Source: Alkalispirochaeta sp. (GTDB lineage Bacteria; Spirochaetota; Spirochaetia; DSM-27196; Alkalispirochaetaceae). From it: 64,000 bases of DNA. The notes beneath the pieces were generated by a model. The model was not told the DNA's origin and ran no database searches. It was given only the letters and a program-made list of their open reading frames with translations. This document shows positions 50,881-61,130 of the stretch, piece after piece. The first letter of the stretch is position 1. The number at the start of each line of letters is the position of its first letter. The translations under genes were made by a program, and so were the position numbers. The stretch is from contig CBDESZ010000007.1 of NCBI GenBank assembly GCA_965242725.1, positions 32,001-96,000 of the forward strand. Reading direction: 5' to 3'.

Positions 50881-51645
50881 CTAACCACCACCGACGATTT
50901 TATCAAAGCGGCTGTCCATGCATACGCTGATGTCGGTAGTGATAAAACGGCCGTCCAGAAAGAGACTGAATATCGTCGCCGGCGAGGGACACGTCTGCGC
51001 GTCCGCCCTCGTTTCCAGTTTGATCGTCTTCAGCGGCAGACCCCGCTTCCCGGCAGTTTCGACGAGGGATTCCCTGACGTGGTATTCGGCATAGGGGCAG
51101 CCGTTTGAGTAATAGGCGACGAGACCCTTCCCGTCCGGGCATGTGCCGCTGCGCACGGACTCGTTGAAAGCGGGTTTCTCGACGGAAGAGGCGAAGTCCA
51201 ACGATATGAGGCTGAACCCGGAGGGGATGGTCTCGACGGTCTCAAACCCCTGTTGCAACAACCACTTTGTGTCGCTCATGAAGTGGAATTTCTTTGTACC
51301 GACGACGGTTACCACGCCGCTCATTCCCTGATTGATCGCGTCCTCAACCACCCCCGCGAGCAACGCTTTTCCATGCCCCGTCCCTTTGTACTTCCCGGAA
51401 ACCCAGAAGCACCCGACCATCATGTAATTGGGCGCCGTCACGGGAACCCAGGCATTCTCGGCGGGACCGTATTCAATGAACACCTTCGCCCGTTCATCAA
51501 GACGGCGAAAGACATAGCCATTGTCAAATTGTGCGGAGAGCCACTGTTTTTTCAGCTCATAGCTCTCGGCACACTTTTTGTCGGAAAAAGCGCAGCAGAT
51601 ATGCTCGTTCTTTACGGTTTCCTTTGTCAGTGTCACATATGCCAT
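50881..51645 (-). CDS. GNAT acetyltransferase with YoaP domain
   Basis: EHICCA, FIEYGPAE.AW, CFWVSGKYKG.G.G, CPY, AQ.CPSP.T.FSLF.DG. Confidence 0.9.
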   Translation of the reverse strand: MAYVTLTKETVKNEHICCAFSDKKCAESYELKKQWLSAQFDNGYVFRRLDERAKVFIEYGPAENAWVPVTAPNYMMVGCFWVSGKYKGTGHGKALLAGVVEDAINQGMSGVVTVVGTKKFHFMSDTKWLLQQGFETVETIPSGFSLISLDFASSVEKPAFNESVRSGTCPDGKGLVAYYSNGCPYAEYHVRESLVETAGKRGLPLKTIKLETRADAQTCPSPATIFSLFLDGRFITTDISVCMDSRFDKIVGGG

Positions 51646-51852
51646 TCACGTCTCCTCTATCCGACCGTTAATCCATCCCCGGCGGAGCGCTTGGATGACC
51701 ACGTCGTTCCAGACGACACTGGGTATTCCGGTCTTTTTCTTGAACATTTTGACCCACAGTTCGCGCACCTTCATGTGGTTGGCTCTGAGCCACCGACCGA
51801 GCTCTTCGGGAGTGGCGAAGGCAACGATCTTGTCCTGATTTGGTTCATCCAT
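51646..51852 (-). pseudogene. Truncated YdeI/OmpD-associated family gene (N-terminal part only)
   Basis: F.TPEEL..WL..NH....ELWV...KK.TG.PSV.W...V..AL..GWING; stops after 68 aa where the family is usually much longer. Confidence 0.7.
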
Positions 51853-51867
51853 AAGACGGCGCCGGCC

Positions 51868-52827
51868 TTAGTGCGCCTTCTGCCGCCCAAGCCAGTCGAG
51901 GAGCTGGCGGGTTGTTTCCTCCGGCTTCTCGTGCTGAATCCAATGTCCGCAGTCGAGGCTGATAACCTCCACATTGGGTACAAAGTCGGCCAGATTGGGA
52001 GACTTTCCGACCGTATCGCGGTCTCCATATACCATCAGCGCCGGCTGACGGATAATCGGGTCAGTCTTCCCCAGGATGTGCCAGTTGCGATCGAGGTTCC
52101 GGTACCAGTTGATGCTGCTTGTGAATCCGGTGGTCCGAAAGGCGGAGACGTAAACGGCCAGGTCCTCGTCGCTCATGACCGGCTCGCCCAGGGGGCTCTC
52201 CGCCCGGGCGAGATTGATGAGCATCATACCCGGTTGCGGCTCGGCGGCGGGTACGTTCTTCCGGTACAGGTTACGGAGGAACCGCTCGGTATATTCATCA
52301 AGTATGGCATCGGCGACGCCGGGCCGGCGATTGAAGTGGACAAAGTAATTGTCCTCACCGAAGACTTCTTCCATGAATTCGATCCAGGGCTTTTCTCCAC
52401 GCGCCTGGTAGGGCAGACTCAGGGCGATGACGTTGTGTACCCGATCCGGATGGAGCAGGGTCAATCCCCAGACGATCATTGCACCCCAGTCATGTCCGAC
52501 GAAGGTTGCGTTCCGATAGCCGAAATGGTCGAGGAGTGCCACAAGATCGCCCGACAAATGCTCGATGTCGTAGGCGGATACGTCGGTGGGACGGGAAGAA
52601 TTGCCGTAGCCCCGCTGGTTTGGAACGATTACGTGGTACCCCGCCGCGGCAAGGGCGGGCATTTGATGACGCCATGAATAGGCAAGCTCCGGCCAGCCGT
52701 GACAGAGCACGATTGGATTTCCCGCGTTTTCGCGCCCCGCTTCAAACACTTCGAGATCCACGCCGTTTACCGAAATCGTGGTGGCCTCGGGAAAACTGCT
52801 CGCTCCGAACGAAATATTCGTTTCCAT
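51868..52827 (-). CDS. Alpha/beta hydrolase, epoxide hydrolase-like
   Basis: HGWPE, PNQRGYG, GHDWG (Asp nucleophile), NWYRN, CGHWIQHE. Confidence 0.92.
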   Translation of the reverse strand: METNISFGASSFPEATTISVNGVDLEVFEAGRENAGNPIVLCHGWPELAYSWRHQMPALAAAGYHVIVPNQRGYGNSSRPTDVSAYDIEHLSGDLVALLDHFGYRNATFVGHDWGAMIVWGLTLLHPDRVHNVIALSLPYQARGEKPWIEFMEEVFGEDNYFVHFNRRPGVADAILDEYTERFLRNLYRKNVPAAEPQPGMMLINLARAESPLGEPVMSDEDLAVYVSAFRTTGFTSSINWYRNLDRNWHILGKTDPIIRQPALMVYGDRDTVGKSPNLADFVPNVEVISLDCGHWIQHEKPEETTRQLLDWLGRQKAH

Positions 52828-52875
52828 ACCTGATAACCTCCTTGTGTTCCTGTCACCCACAGAATACACTCCATT

Positions 52876-52894
52876 TAGGACAGGATTCGCCCTG
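52876..52894. promoter_or_regulatory. Imperfect palindrome, possible WYL-regulator operator
   Basis: TAGGAC-N7-GCCCTG in the short divergent intergenic region. Confidence 0.35.
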
Positions 52895-52915
52895 TACTGA
52901 AAAAAAGGAGAAATA

Positions 52916-53902
52916 ATGTACTCACCGACAATGCGCCTCCTTGCCGTACTTGAACTCCTTGAAACTTATGGGTCCGTCAGCGGCCCCGACATCGCACGAA
53001 GACTGGAAGTTGACCCGCGGACCGTCCGGAGATACATCGTAACCCTCCAGGATATGGGAATACCGATCGCGGCCGAGCGGGGACCCTACGGATCGTACCG
53101 GCTCCAGCGGGGAAGCCGCATGCCTCCGCTCATATTCAATGACTCCGAGGCGAGCGCGGTCATTCTCGGCCTGATGGCGATGCGGCACATGCACTTTCCC
53201 CTCGACGCCGCCGCCGTTGAGGGAGCCCTCGCAAAGACGGAACGCCTCCTCCCCGAGACGCTTTCGCGGTACGTCAACGACCTGAAAGAGCTCATAAAGA
53301 TCCACAGCCCGTCTTATTTTCCGGCGGCAAACATCGCCCACGGCGACTTTGTGCAGTTACTCGGCCGGGCAATTCAAAAGCACCGCCGAGCCGTACTTAC
53401 CTACTCTTCCCGGACCGGCGCAACAACGGCCCGGGAAGTGGATCTCTACGGCCTGGTCCTCGTGGCGGGCACGTGGTACGCCGCGGGGTATTGTCACCTG
53501 CGCCGGGACCTGCGGACCTTTCGCGTGGACCGGATTCTTTCGATTGAAACAACGGAAACGGCTTTTGATCGTCCCCCGGACTTCGATATGTTGAACTACG
53601 TCCTTGACTCCATCGAGCACTCCCGGACGAACTTTGAGGTGGAAGTGCTCCTGAACATCCCCATGGAGCACGCCCGGGGACTCTTTGCGTCGGAGGCTCA
53701 CCTCCTTGAAGCGGCCGGCGAAGGTGTGCTCTACCGTCTGTCGACGTCCAGACTGGACTGGGTAGCACTCAGTCTCCTGGCAAAAGACGTCTCCTTTACC
53801 ATCCGCAACCCTCCGGAACTGTATGAGGAGTTTCGCAGGATTGCTGCAAAGGCGGCGGAGGTCGCGGCCGATGTCGCGTCGCAGGAGAATGAAGGGACGT
53901 AA
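52916..53902 (+). CDS. YafY-family HTH-WYL transcriptional regulator
   Basis: RLEVDPRTVRRYI..L...G.PI; WYAAGYCHLR.DLRTFRVDRI. Confidence 0.93.
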   Translation: MYSPTMRLLAVLELLETYGSVSGPDIARRLEVDPRTVRRYIVTLQDMGIPIAAERGPYGSYRLQRGSRMPPLIFNDSEASAVILGLMAMRHMHFPLDAAAVEGALAKTERLLPETLSRYVNDLKELIKIHSPSYFPAANIAHGDFVQLLGRAIQKHRRAVLTYSSRTGATTAREVDLYGLVLVAGTWYAAGYCHLRRDLRTFRVDRILSIETTETAFDRPPDFDMLNYVLDSIEHSRTNFEVEVLLNIPMEHARGLFASEAHLLEAAGEGVLYRLSTSRLDWVALSLLAKDVSFTIRNPPELYEEFRRIAAKAAEVAADVASQENEGT

Positions 53903-53911
53903 ATCGGATGA

Positions 53912-53934
53912 ACGGGGCGCTGAGGTCGCCCCGT
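53912..53934. terminator. Hairpin between convergent genes
   Basis: ACGGGGCG-N7-CGCCCCGT. Confidence 0.55.
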
Positions 53935-53947
53935 CCCGTTACGCCCG

Positions 53948-56332
53948 TTACCGGTACGCCCCGGTGACGGAGGCGCGCCGGCCGTTCCGGAAGTCTATAC
54001 GGTCCATGACGGCAACCCGTTCGTTTGTCTCGTCGAAGACAAATCCTTCCGGGAGCGTCAGGGTAATCGACTGATCAACTCCCGGGTCCCAATCGTTTGC
54101 GTCAAGGGCGCCTGTAGAAATCTCCCAGTGTCCGGAAGCGTGCGGTTCAATGCGGATTTCTATTTCGCTCCAGCGGCAAAGATGCGTTCGGGATATGCCG
54201 TCATCCTCAAAAAGGACGAACGCCGTCGTTTCCGGCCCCGGATAGATATCGACAACGAGATCCGGGAAGAGCGCCGTCGCGAGGGACCGCGCCCCGGGAG
54301 CGCGGGGTATGACGGCCCCCTCCCTGACGAAAAAGGGAACGCTCTCATCGGGCACGTTCACGGCAACAGCTGTACCTCCCTCATGTAGCACGCCCTCACG
54401 GGGATCATACCAGCGCCGTCCGGCGGGAAGACGATACTGCGCCTTGGTACTCCCGGGCTGCAGGGGAAGGGCAACGAGGATCGCTTCCCCGTAGAGATAC
54501 ATCGGGTCGTCGCTGCGCAGTGCGGGATCGCCTGGAAACTCAACAAAGGGATGGCGCTGAATAGGTATCCCCCGTCGGTGTGCCTGCCACGCGTATGAGT
54601 ATGTATAGGGCATGAACTCATAGTGCTGCAGCACCAGGGAGCGGAGGGCATCGGCGATCTCCGTGTACGACCACAGCTCGGTGGGTCGGGCGTCGTCGTT
54701 CCATGAGTGAATGACAAAGCGGGGTTGAAAGACCGCCGACTGACACCACCGAAGGAACTGTTCCGCCTCCGGCCGGGGACCAAAGAACCCGCCGATGTCG
54801 TGTCCAAAGAAGGGCATGCCGCTGAGACCGAAGGAACTGCCCATGAGGGTATTGTAATAGAGACTTTCCCAGGTTGAGGCGTTGTCCCCGCTCCATGTAC
54901 GGGCGTAACGCTGTACCCCCATCGAACCCGCGCGGGTGATGATCCAGGGGCGGCTGTCGGGATCCATGGCGAGGGATTCTCTCCAGGATGCACGATTCAT
55001 CAGCAGCGGCATAGTGTGGCGCTGTGAATAGGCAGGCAGGGAGCTGTCCTCCACCTCGTATTCGTTGTTGTCGTTCCAGACACCGTCAAAGCCATTGTCC
55101 AGAAGCTGTGTTCTGAGATTGCGCCGCCACTCGGCCCGTCCCGATTCCGATCCGAAATCCCACAGCCCCGCGTCACCGCCCCAGTAATACTCTGTATAGA
55201 CGCTGCCGTCGGCATTTTTCAGGAGGGCCCCGGCGTTTGAAAAGGCATCGAAGCGAGGATGTGTCGTGAGAATTCCGGGCTTGATGTTACATGCTATGTG
55301 GTATCCCCGCGTTCTCAGCCCCTTCAGGAACGTCGCCGGATCGGGAAACTTCTCCCTGTTCCATTCAAAGGTGAAACGGCGGCCGCTTCGGGAGCGGTAG
55401 TATCCGCTGGACAGATACAACCCTTCGCAAGGAATTTCGAGACGCTCCACCGTTTCGAGGTACGCTTCAATGCGATCACGGGCGTCGTCGGGTTCGGAAT
55501 AGTCCATGGAACTGCCGAGAAAGCCGAAGGTGAAGGCCGGCGGAAAGGCGGGACGCCCGCTCAAATAGGTGTACCGCTCCAGCACCTCCCCATAGGTGTC
55601 ACCAAGAAAGAGGACGTATCGATAGGGACCGTTTCTTACGGTGGCGGAGTAGTAGTACTCACTTTCAACACCGAGATCGACGCTCACGATATCCGGCGCC
55701 GCAAAGGCCACGCCGATACACGTCCCGGTGCCGGGATTCTGTTTAATCATGAAGGGAACGGATTTATACAGGGGGTCCGCAAAGCGGGCACGATACCCGA
55801 GGGCGTCGCGGTTATGCATGAGAAATCGGCGCCCCCTCCGATCGACACCGCCGCTCTTGTCACCTAGGCCAAAGAACCGGTCCCCGCCTTCCAGGGGGAA
55901 GTTGAATGCCGCAGTCACGTGATTGGGGGGCGTCCCGTGAATTCTCACGGGATATCGGGGCAATACCGTATCCTCCGACCCGATGCGTCCGCCGTGCATG
56001 AGCGTATCATCCCGATAGAGCGCAACGTTACCGGAGTCAAAGTCGACCTCTATCCGTCGCCCTCCCCAGGCAATCACGTCACGCTGCCCGCCGCCGTCTG
56101 CAACTCCCAGCTCTACCGGCGGCAGGTGATCCGGGGTGGCGCGCTCGTCGTCGTAGAGGAGCGCCGCCGCATGCTCCTGCTCCGGAAGAACGGGAAAGGC
56201 CGAGAAGTCGTAGCGCACCTCAAGAATGTCCGCCGCCAGCACCGTCAGGGTGAGTTCGCATCCTTCACCGCGATAGCGGAGGGAGAATTGTTCACGCCCC
56301 GCCCGTTGTAAGTTCTTCGGTACCTGTTTCAC
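53948..56332 (-). CDS. Glycoside hydrolase family 31 (Aec37-like subgroup)
   Basis: FFGLGDK, DPLYKSVPF, WNDNNE nucleophile, TWSGDN, GHDIGGF. Confidence 0.92.
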   Translation of the reverse strand: MKQVPKNLQRAGREQFSLRYRGEGCELTLTVLAADILEVRYDFSAFPVLPEQEHAAALLYDDERATPDHLPPVELGVADGGGQRDVIAWGGRRIEVDFDSGNVALYRDDTLMHGGRIGSEDTVLPRYPVRIHGTPPNHVTAAFNFPLEGGDRFFGLGDKSGGVDRRGRRFLMHNRDALGYRARFADPLYKSVPFMIKQNPGTGTCIGVAFAAPDIVSVDLGVESEYYYSATVRNGPYRYVLFLGDTYGEVLERYTYLSGRPAFPPAFTFGFLGSSMDYSEPDDARDRIEAYLETVERLEIPCEGLYLSSGYYRSRSGRRFTFEWNREKFPDPATFLKGLRTRGYHIACNIKPGILTTHPRFDAFSNAGALLKNADGSVYTEYYWGGDAGLWDFGSESGRAEWRRNLRTQLLDNGFDGVWNDNNEYEVEDSSLPAYSQRHTMPLLMNRASWRESLAMDPDSRPWIITRAGSMGVQRYARTWSGDNASTWESLYYNTLMGSSFGLSGMPFFGHDIGGFFGPRPEAEQFLRWCQSAVFQPRFVIHSWNDDARPTELWSYTEIADALRSLVLQHYEFMPYTYSYAWQAHRRGIPIQRHPFVEFPGDPALRSDDPMYLYGEAILVALPLQPGSTKAQYRLPAGRRWYDPREGVLHEGGTAVAVNVPDESVPFFVREGAVIPRAPGARSLATALFPDLVVDIYPGPETTAFVLFEDDGISRTHLCRWSEIEIRIEPHASGHWEISTGALDANDWDPGVDQSITLTLPEGFVFDETNERVAVMDRIDFRNGRRASVTGAYR

Positions 56333-56333
56333 C

Positions 56334-57152
56334 TTAGTATTTCACTCCTCCCGCTGAAAGGCCTTGAATGAAGTATTTCTGAAAGAAGAGAAACACCAGG
56401 ATCATCGGAATGATCGCAATGACGGTCATGGAAAGCAGACTCGACCAGTCGACGTTGTACTGTCCGACAAAGTTGGAGAGGGCGAGCTGAAGGGTATATT
56501 TCTTCTGTTGACTGATGACGATGAAGGGCCAGAGGAAATCGTTCCACCGCCACATAAAGGAAAAGATGGCGATGGTCGCAACGATCGGTTTTGCCAGGGG
56601 CAGAATGATCCGCTGAAAGATGAACCACTCCCCTCCGCCATCGATTCGGGCGGACTCGATCAACGAGTTGGGGATGGTCATTATGTACTGCCGTGCAAGA
56701 AAGACTCCCGTCGGTGTCGCCGCCGGGGGGATGATAATGCCCCAAAGGGTATTCAGGAGACCGAGATTCTTTTCGAGGAGAAAGATGGGCACCATGATGA
56801 CCTGCAGGGGGATCATGAGGGTTGCGATCATGACGTAAAAGATCGTGTCCCTGCCGCGGAAGCGGTACTTGCTCAGGGCATAGCCCGCCATCGTGTTGAT
56901 CATCACGGTGATGAAGGTGGAGACGACGGCGACAAAGGAGGAGTTGCCGATATAGGTGACAAACCGGCCGCTTTGGAAGGCCCTGACGTAGTTGCTGAGG
57001 GTCGGCTCCTCGGGGAAGAAGGTGAGGGGATAGGTAAAGAGCTCCGACTGCGTCTTGAGGGAGCTCAGGAATATCCAGAACACCGGAAAGAGAAAGATAA
57101 TGAATAAGAGGAAGTACACTACGTAGCGCCCCGGAGTGGCCGTCTTATTCAT
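56334..57152 (-). CDS. Carbohydrate ABC permease (MalG-like)
   Basis: LIESARIDG, WNDFLWP. Confidence 0.94.
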   Translation of the reverse strand: MNKTATPGRYVVYFLLFIIFLFPVFWIFLSSLKTQSELFTYPLTFFPEEPTLSNYVRAFQSGRFVTYIGNSSFVAVVSTFITVMINTMAGYALSKYRFRGRDTIFYVMIATLMIPLQVIMVPIFLLEKNLGLLNTLWGIIIPPAATPTGVFLARQYIMTIPNSLIESARIDGGGEWFIFQRIILPLAKPIVATIAIFSFMWRWNDFLWPFIVISQQKKYTLQLALSNFVGQYNVDWSSLLSMTVIAIIPMILVFLFFQKYFIQGLSAGGVKY

Positions 57153-58041
57153 TTGTGTACTCCCGATTCAGCCGAAACTGAAGGACCGTCAGAATGCCGA
57201 TGGCGATCATGAGCATAATCGCCATTGAAGAGGCGTATCCCATGCGATCCTCTTCAAAGGCGACCTGATACACATTCTGGACGAGCATCTTCGTGGAGGA
57301 ACCGGGTCCGCCCTTTGTGAGGGTGTAAATCAATTCAAATGCCTTGAATGCGTTAATCGTCGCAAGGACGAGGACGACAAGCATCGTGGGACGTATGAGG
57401 GGCAGTTTAATGTGCCGGAATACCTGATTGCGACTGGCGCCGTCTATCGCCGCCGCGGCAAAGAGATCATCCGGGATCGCCTGTAATCCGCCGATAAACA
57501 TCACCATGTAAAACCCGGTGAACATCCACACCGAAATGAAGACGAGGCTTGCATTGGCGGTAAAGGGAGTGGTGAGCCAGGGAACCGCCGTTCCGCCGAG
57601 AAGTCTTATCCCGTAGTTGAGGATGCCCAATTGGTCCCCGAGAATCCACCGCCAGATGATACCGACGATAATGAGGCTCAGCATCGTCGGCAGGTAGTAG
57701 GCTCCGCGGAATATTGCGATCCCCGGATGGTTGTCCGTCGTGAGAAGGGCTACACCGAGAGACGACACCGTCAGGAGGGGAACCACCAACAGGACGTAGC
57801 GAAGGGTGTTTCCGAAGGTCCGCCAGAACATCGGGTCCCCCAGGAGCTCCGCGAAGTTTGCAAGGCCGACAAACTCCTTGTCGCCGAGGATACTCCAATC
57901 GTACAGGGCGATTCGCAATCCGCCGACGGCGGGGATGACAATGAAAAGACCGAATATGAGAAGATTCGGCGCCAGAAAGAGCATCGGCGCGAGGGTCTGG
58001 TCAAAGGACCCCTTCAGCTGTTGTTTCTTCACCGGGAACAC
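57145..58041 (-). CDS. Carbohydrate ABC permease (MalF-like)
   Basis: FVGLANF, AAAIDGA, TKGGPG. Confidence 0.93.
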   Translation of the reverse strand: MFPVKKQQLKGSFDQTLAPMLFLAPNLLIFGLFIVIPAVGGLRIALYDWSILGDKEFVGLANFAELLGDPMFWRTFGNTLRYVLLVVPLLTVSSLGVALLTTDNHPGIAIFRGAYYLPTMLSLIIVGIIWRWILGDQLGILNYGIRLLGGTAVPWLTTPFTANASLVFISVWMFTGFYMVMFIGGLQAIPDDLFAAAAIDGASRNQVFRHIKLPLIRPTMLVVLVLATINAFKAFELIYTLTKGGPGSSTKMLVQNVYQVAFEEDRMGYASSMAIMLMIAIGILTVLQFRLNREYTNE

Positions 58042-58066
58042 CTCATCGGAGCGGAAATCTCAGAAG

Positions 58067-58096
58067 TATATCCGACGGCTCGCGCCGCCGGATATA
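58067..58096. terminator. Intercistronic stem-loop after the SBP gene (mRNA stabiliser or attenuator)
   Basis: TATATCCGACGGC-TCGC-GCCGCCGGATATA. Confidence 0.5.
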
Positions 58097-58113
58097 AAGG
58101 AACCGTCTATCCG

Positions 58114-59376
58114 TCAATCGTTAAAGAAAGTGTTCCCGCGATTGTGGATGTTCCGGGCAACCTGTTCCATCGTGATGTTTCCAAGGAGCCCTTCCACGAT
58201 CTGTTCCCTGATGTAGGAATAGATCTGGTTCAATTCCGGGCTTTTCCAGTCTTCGGCGGTGATCGCCGGAGTTACCGCCAGGTCCGCCGCCATAGGACCA
58301 AAGTCGTCGGAACGCTGGGCGTATTCAATATCGACGTCGGTGCGGGCCGTCAGATTGAAGGTCTCCCGACAGTACATCGCATTCTGCTCCGCCTCCGAAA
58401 AGTGGAGCATTAGGTCGATTGCGGCGGATTCATGCTCCGCCCCTTTAAAGGAGGCGATAAACTTCCCGCCGGCGACGGAACTGCGAATCCTGCGCTGGGG
58501 CATGCGTACCGCCGCCCATTCAAAATCCTCAACTTCCGCGGCGTATTTATTAATGACCCAGGACCCACCGATATGACTTGCAACGAGTCCCGCCAGGAAG
58601 AGTTCCTGAGGATTCTCGGAACCAAGCCAGACGGACCGGGGAACGAGACCGTCATCATGGAGGCGTTTAAAAAAGGTCAGCGTATCGATCGCCTCAGGGG
58701 TATTGAAGTTCATCGCCGACTCATTATCGTTCAGGAACCGGCCGCCCGCTTCATAGAGCAAGGTCGACCAGCGGTGGGGGCTGTAGTCAAAGCCGAGTCC
58801 GTAATCGAGTCCCGGATTTTCCTCGACGACCGTTTGCAGGGCGTCATACCACTCGTCCCACGTCCAGTCTTCAGAGAGTTTGAGGATGTCGATACCGGCA
58901 TTTTCAAAGAGGTCCACGTTGACGATCATGCCGTTCGCGGTGGCCTCCGTGGGAAGGGCGAGAATGTCGCCGTTATCGTGGGTAGCAAATGCGAGGGAAG
59001 CCTCATTGAATCCGGAAACGACGTCGTCAAGATTCTCGACGCGGCCATCAAGCGGCAGGAGTTGATCCACAAACATGGCGATGTGGTTATTGGTGACCCT
59101 GGCAAGGTCGGGCGGTGTGCCGCCCGCGATCATCAGTTTCAACCGCTGTTCATAGTCCTGAAACGGAACGAGCTGCAAATCGACGGTCACGTTCGGATTC
59201 GCTTCCAGGTATCCCTGGATCGTCTCCATAAAAACATCACTTTCATCGGCGTCATTGAACCAGAGAACCGTCAGCGTCACCTCTTCGTCGCCGGCATCTT
59301 CAGCCTGTCCCGACGCGAATAACGGCACCGCAAGCATAGCGATGCTCGTAAAGATCAAAAGGATACGTCGTACCAT
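58114..59376 (-). CDS. Sugar ABC transporter substrate-binding protein
   Basis: Signal LFASGQAE; NPNVTV, GTPPDLAR, NVDLFE.AG, WTWDE. Confidence 0.93.
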   Translation of the reverse strand: MVRRILLIFTSIAMLAVPLFASGQAEDAGDEEVTLTVLWFNDADESDVFMETIQGYLEANPNVTVDLQLVPFQDYEQRLKLMIAGGTPPDLARVTNNHIAMFVDQLLPLDGRVENLDDVVSGFNEASLAFATHDNGDILALPTEATANGMIVNVDLFENAGIDILKLSEDWTWDEWYDALQTVVEENPGLDYGLGFDYSPHRWSTLLYEAGGRFLNDNESAMNFNTPEAIDTLTFFKRLHDDGLVPRSVWLGSENPQELFLAGLVASHIGGSWVINKYAAEVEDFEWAAVRMPQRRIRSSVAGGKFIASFKGAEHESAAIDLMLHFSEAEQNAMYCRETFNLTARTDVDIEYAQRSDDFGPMAADLAVTPAITAEDWKSPELNQIYSYIREQIVEGLLGNITMEQVARNIHNRGNTFFND

Positions 59377-59396
59377 GGATACCTCCTCTATGATTC

Positions 59397-59470
59397 GTCA
59401 AATCGTTTTGACATCGTCAGGGTATGCCCCCTTTTGCGAGATGTCAAGGAAATTTGCAAAACGATTTGAT
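59397..59470. promoter_or_regulatory. Two LacI-type operators
   Basis: GTCAAATCGTTTTGAC (59397-59412) and its inverted copy TGCAAAACGATTTGAT (59455-59470), both with a central CG. Confidence 0.75.
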
Positions 59471-59509
59471 AACTTGCAGTCTCACCGCTTCCCGCCGTAC
59501 TATACGAGA

Positions 59510-60559
59510 GTGGCCAAGATTACCGATGTCGCAAAATACGCAGGCGTATCACCATCGACGGTCAGTCACGTATTGAGTGGGAATCGGCCGATCAGCCGGG
59601 AAACGCGGGAGCGCGTTCTCGCGGCGATTCACGAGCTTGACTACCACCCCAATCCAAACGCCCGGGCCCTCAAGGCGCGACAAAGCGGCATTATCGGCTT
59701 TTATGCGGCGGATATCACAGAACTCTTTGTAACCGAAATCATCCGGGGGGTGGAGTCGGTTATCGTGCCGCGGGACGAACACCTGCTGCTCGTATCGGGG
59801 GCGGAGTTCAACGGTGACATCGAACGGGCGCTGGCGTTCCTTGCGTCCCGGAAGGTCGACGGATATATCGTTTCCTACGGAGTAAGCCAGGACGAAACGA
59901 GAACCGTTACCGTTCCATCCGACCGGCCGACGATCACCATTAACAGCCATCTCGACGCCACCATCCCGAGTATTCAGCCGGACAACAGACAGGGCGGATG
60001 GGATGCGATCGACCATCTCGCCGCGTGCGGCGCAAAACGGATTGCGATACTCGCCGGTCCCCCGGACCGCCCCGCCGGTCGTCTCCGCCTCGAGGGCGCG
60101 CTGGGCGCGGCTCGCGCTCTTCCCGCCGACGGCGCAACGGTACCCCCGGAACTCGTCCTTCACGTGGATTTCACCTTTGACGGCGGTTACCGGGGAATGC
60201 AGGAACTCCTGAAAAAAAAGGAATCCTTCGACGGCCTTTTCTGCGCCAATGACTACGTCGCGGCCGGAGCGATGACCGCCGCCGGAAAGCGGGGAATCAG
60301 GATTCCCGAGGCGCTGATTGTTGCAGGATTTGACGACCGCGAGTTTGCCTCCTTCTGGCCGACGCCGATATCTACCTTCCGTCAACCTCTCGCTCAAATG
60401 GGCCGCCTGGCGGCACAGTATCTTGAAGATCACATCCATCACGGGAAGGACATTCCTGGAGAGACATTGCTCTCAAGTGAACTCATTGCGCGGCGGAGTA
60501 CGGAAGGGCCGTATTCGGCGTACAAGCAGACCGGCGACGTAGGGGGTAACCACGGATGA
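59510..60559 (+). CDS. LacI-family transcriptional regulator
   Basis: KITDVAKYAGVSPSTVSHVL, Y.PN..AR.L, FCANDYVA.G, GFDD. Start GTG 59510. Confidence 0.95.
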   Translation: MAKITDVAKYAGVSPSTVSHVLSGNRPISRETRERVLAAIHELDYHPNPNARALKARQSGIIGFYAADITELFVTEIIRGVESVIVPRDEHLLLVSGAEFNGDIERALAFLASRKVDGYIVSYGVSQDETRTVTVPSDRPTITINSHLDATIPSIQPDNRQGGWDAIDHLAACGAKRIAILAGPPDRPAGRLRLEGALGAARALPADGATVPPELVLHVDFTFDGGYRGMQELLKKKESFDGLFCANDYVAAGAMTAAGKRGIRIPEALIVAGFDDREFASFWPTPISTFRQPLAQMGRLAAQYLEDHIHHGKDIPGETLLSSELIARRSTEGPYSAYKQTGDVGGNHG

Positions 60560-60616
60560 TACTTCCCGGGAAACGACATCCGCCGGTTTGTGTTCGATTG
60601 TCATAGGAGGCGCGGT

Positions 60617-61048
60617 GTGACCAGGATTGTACAGCTGAGAAATGAGGCGGAGTGGCGTGAAGCGTTTCCCGTGATGGGTCAACTGAGAACGCACCTTGAT
60701 GAATCCGCATATCTCAACCACGTGAGGGATATGACCGCGGAGGGGTATCGGCTCTTCGCTCTGTACGAGGACACCGCGATAGTCGCCCTCGCGGGAGTGA
60801 TTATCCTCACCAACTTGTACTACGGAAGACACGTCTACGTGTATGACCTGGTGACGGACGCCGCCCGTCGTTCCCGGGGCTACGGGGAGACGCTCTTGAA
60901 CCACATCCACGATTGGGGCCGGGAACAGGGATGCCGGTGTGTCGCCCTGTCTTCGGGCCTGCAGCGGGAAGGGGCGCACAGATTTTACGAGCAGAAAATG
61001 GGATATGACAGGCAAAGCTATGTGTTCAAGAAGGAATTGGCGGGATAG
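60617..61048 (+). CDS. GNAT N-acetyltransferase
   Basis: YVYDLVTD...RSRGYG, LSSG.QR..AHRFY; GGAGG SD. Confidence 0.92.
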   Translation: MTRIVQLRNEAEWREAFPVMGQLRTHLDESAYLNHVRDMTAEGYRLFALYEDTAIVALAGVIILTNLYYGRHVYVYDLVTDAARRSRGYGETLLNHIHDWGREQGCRCVALSSGLQREGAHRFYEQKMGYDRQSYVFKKELAG

Positions 61049-61130
61049 AAGCGAGGCCTCGGCGCCGATAGCATTCAGCCGGCGCACCGCGATCGGGTGT
61101 CACACTGACCGATCCGGGGTGCTTTGAGCG

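Noticed and set aside
51253..52677. 474-aa plus-strand ORF
   Set aside because: Antisense to three recognisable minus-strand genes.
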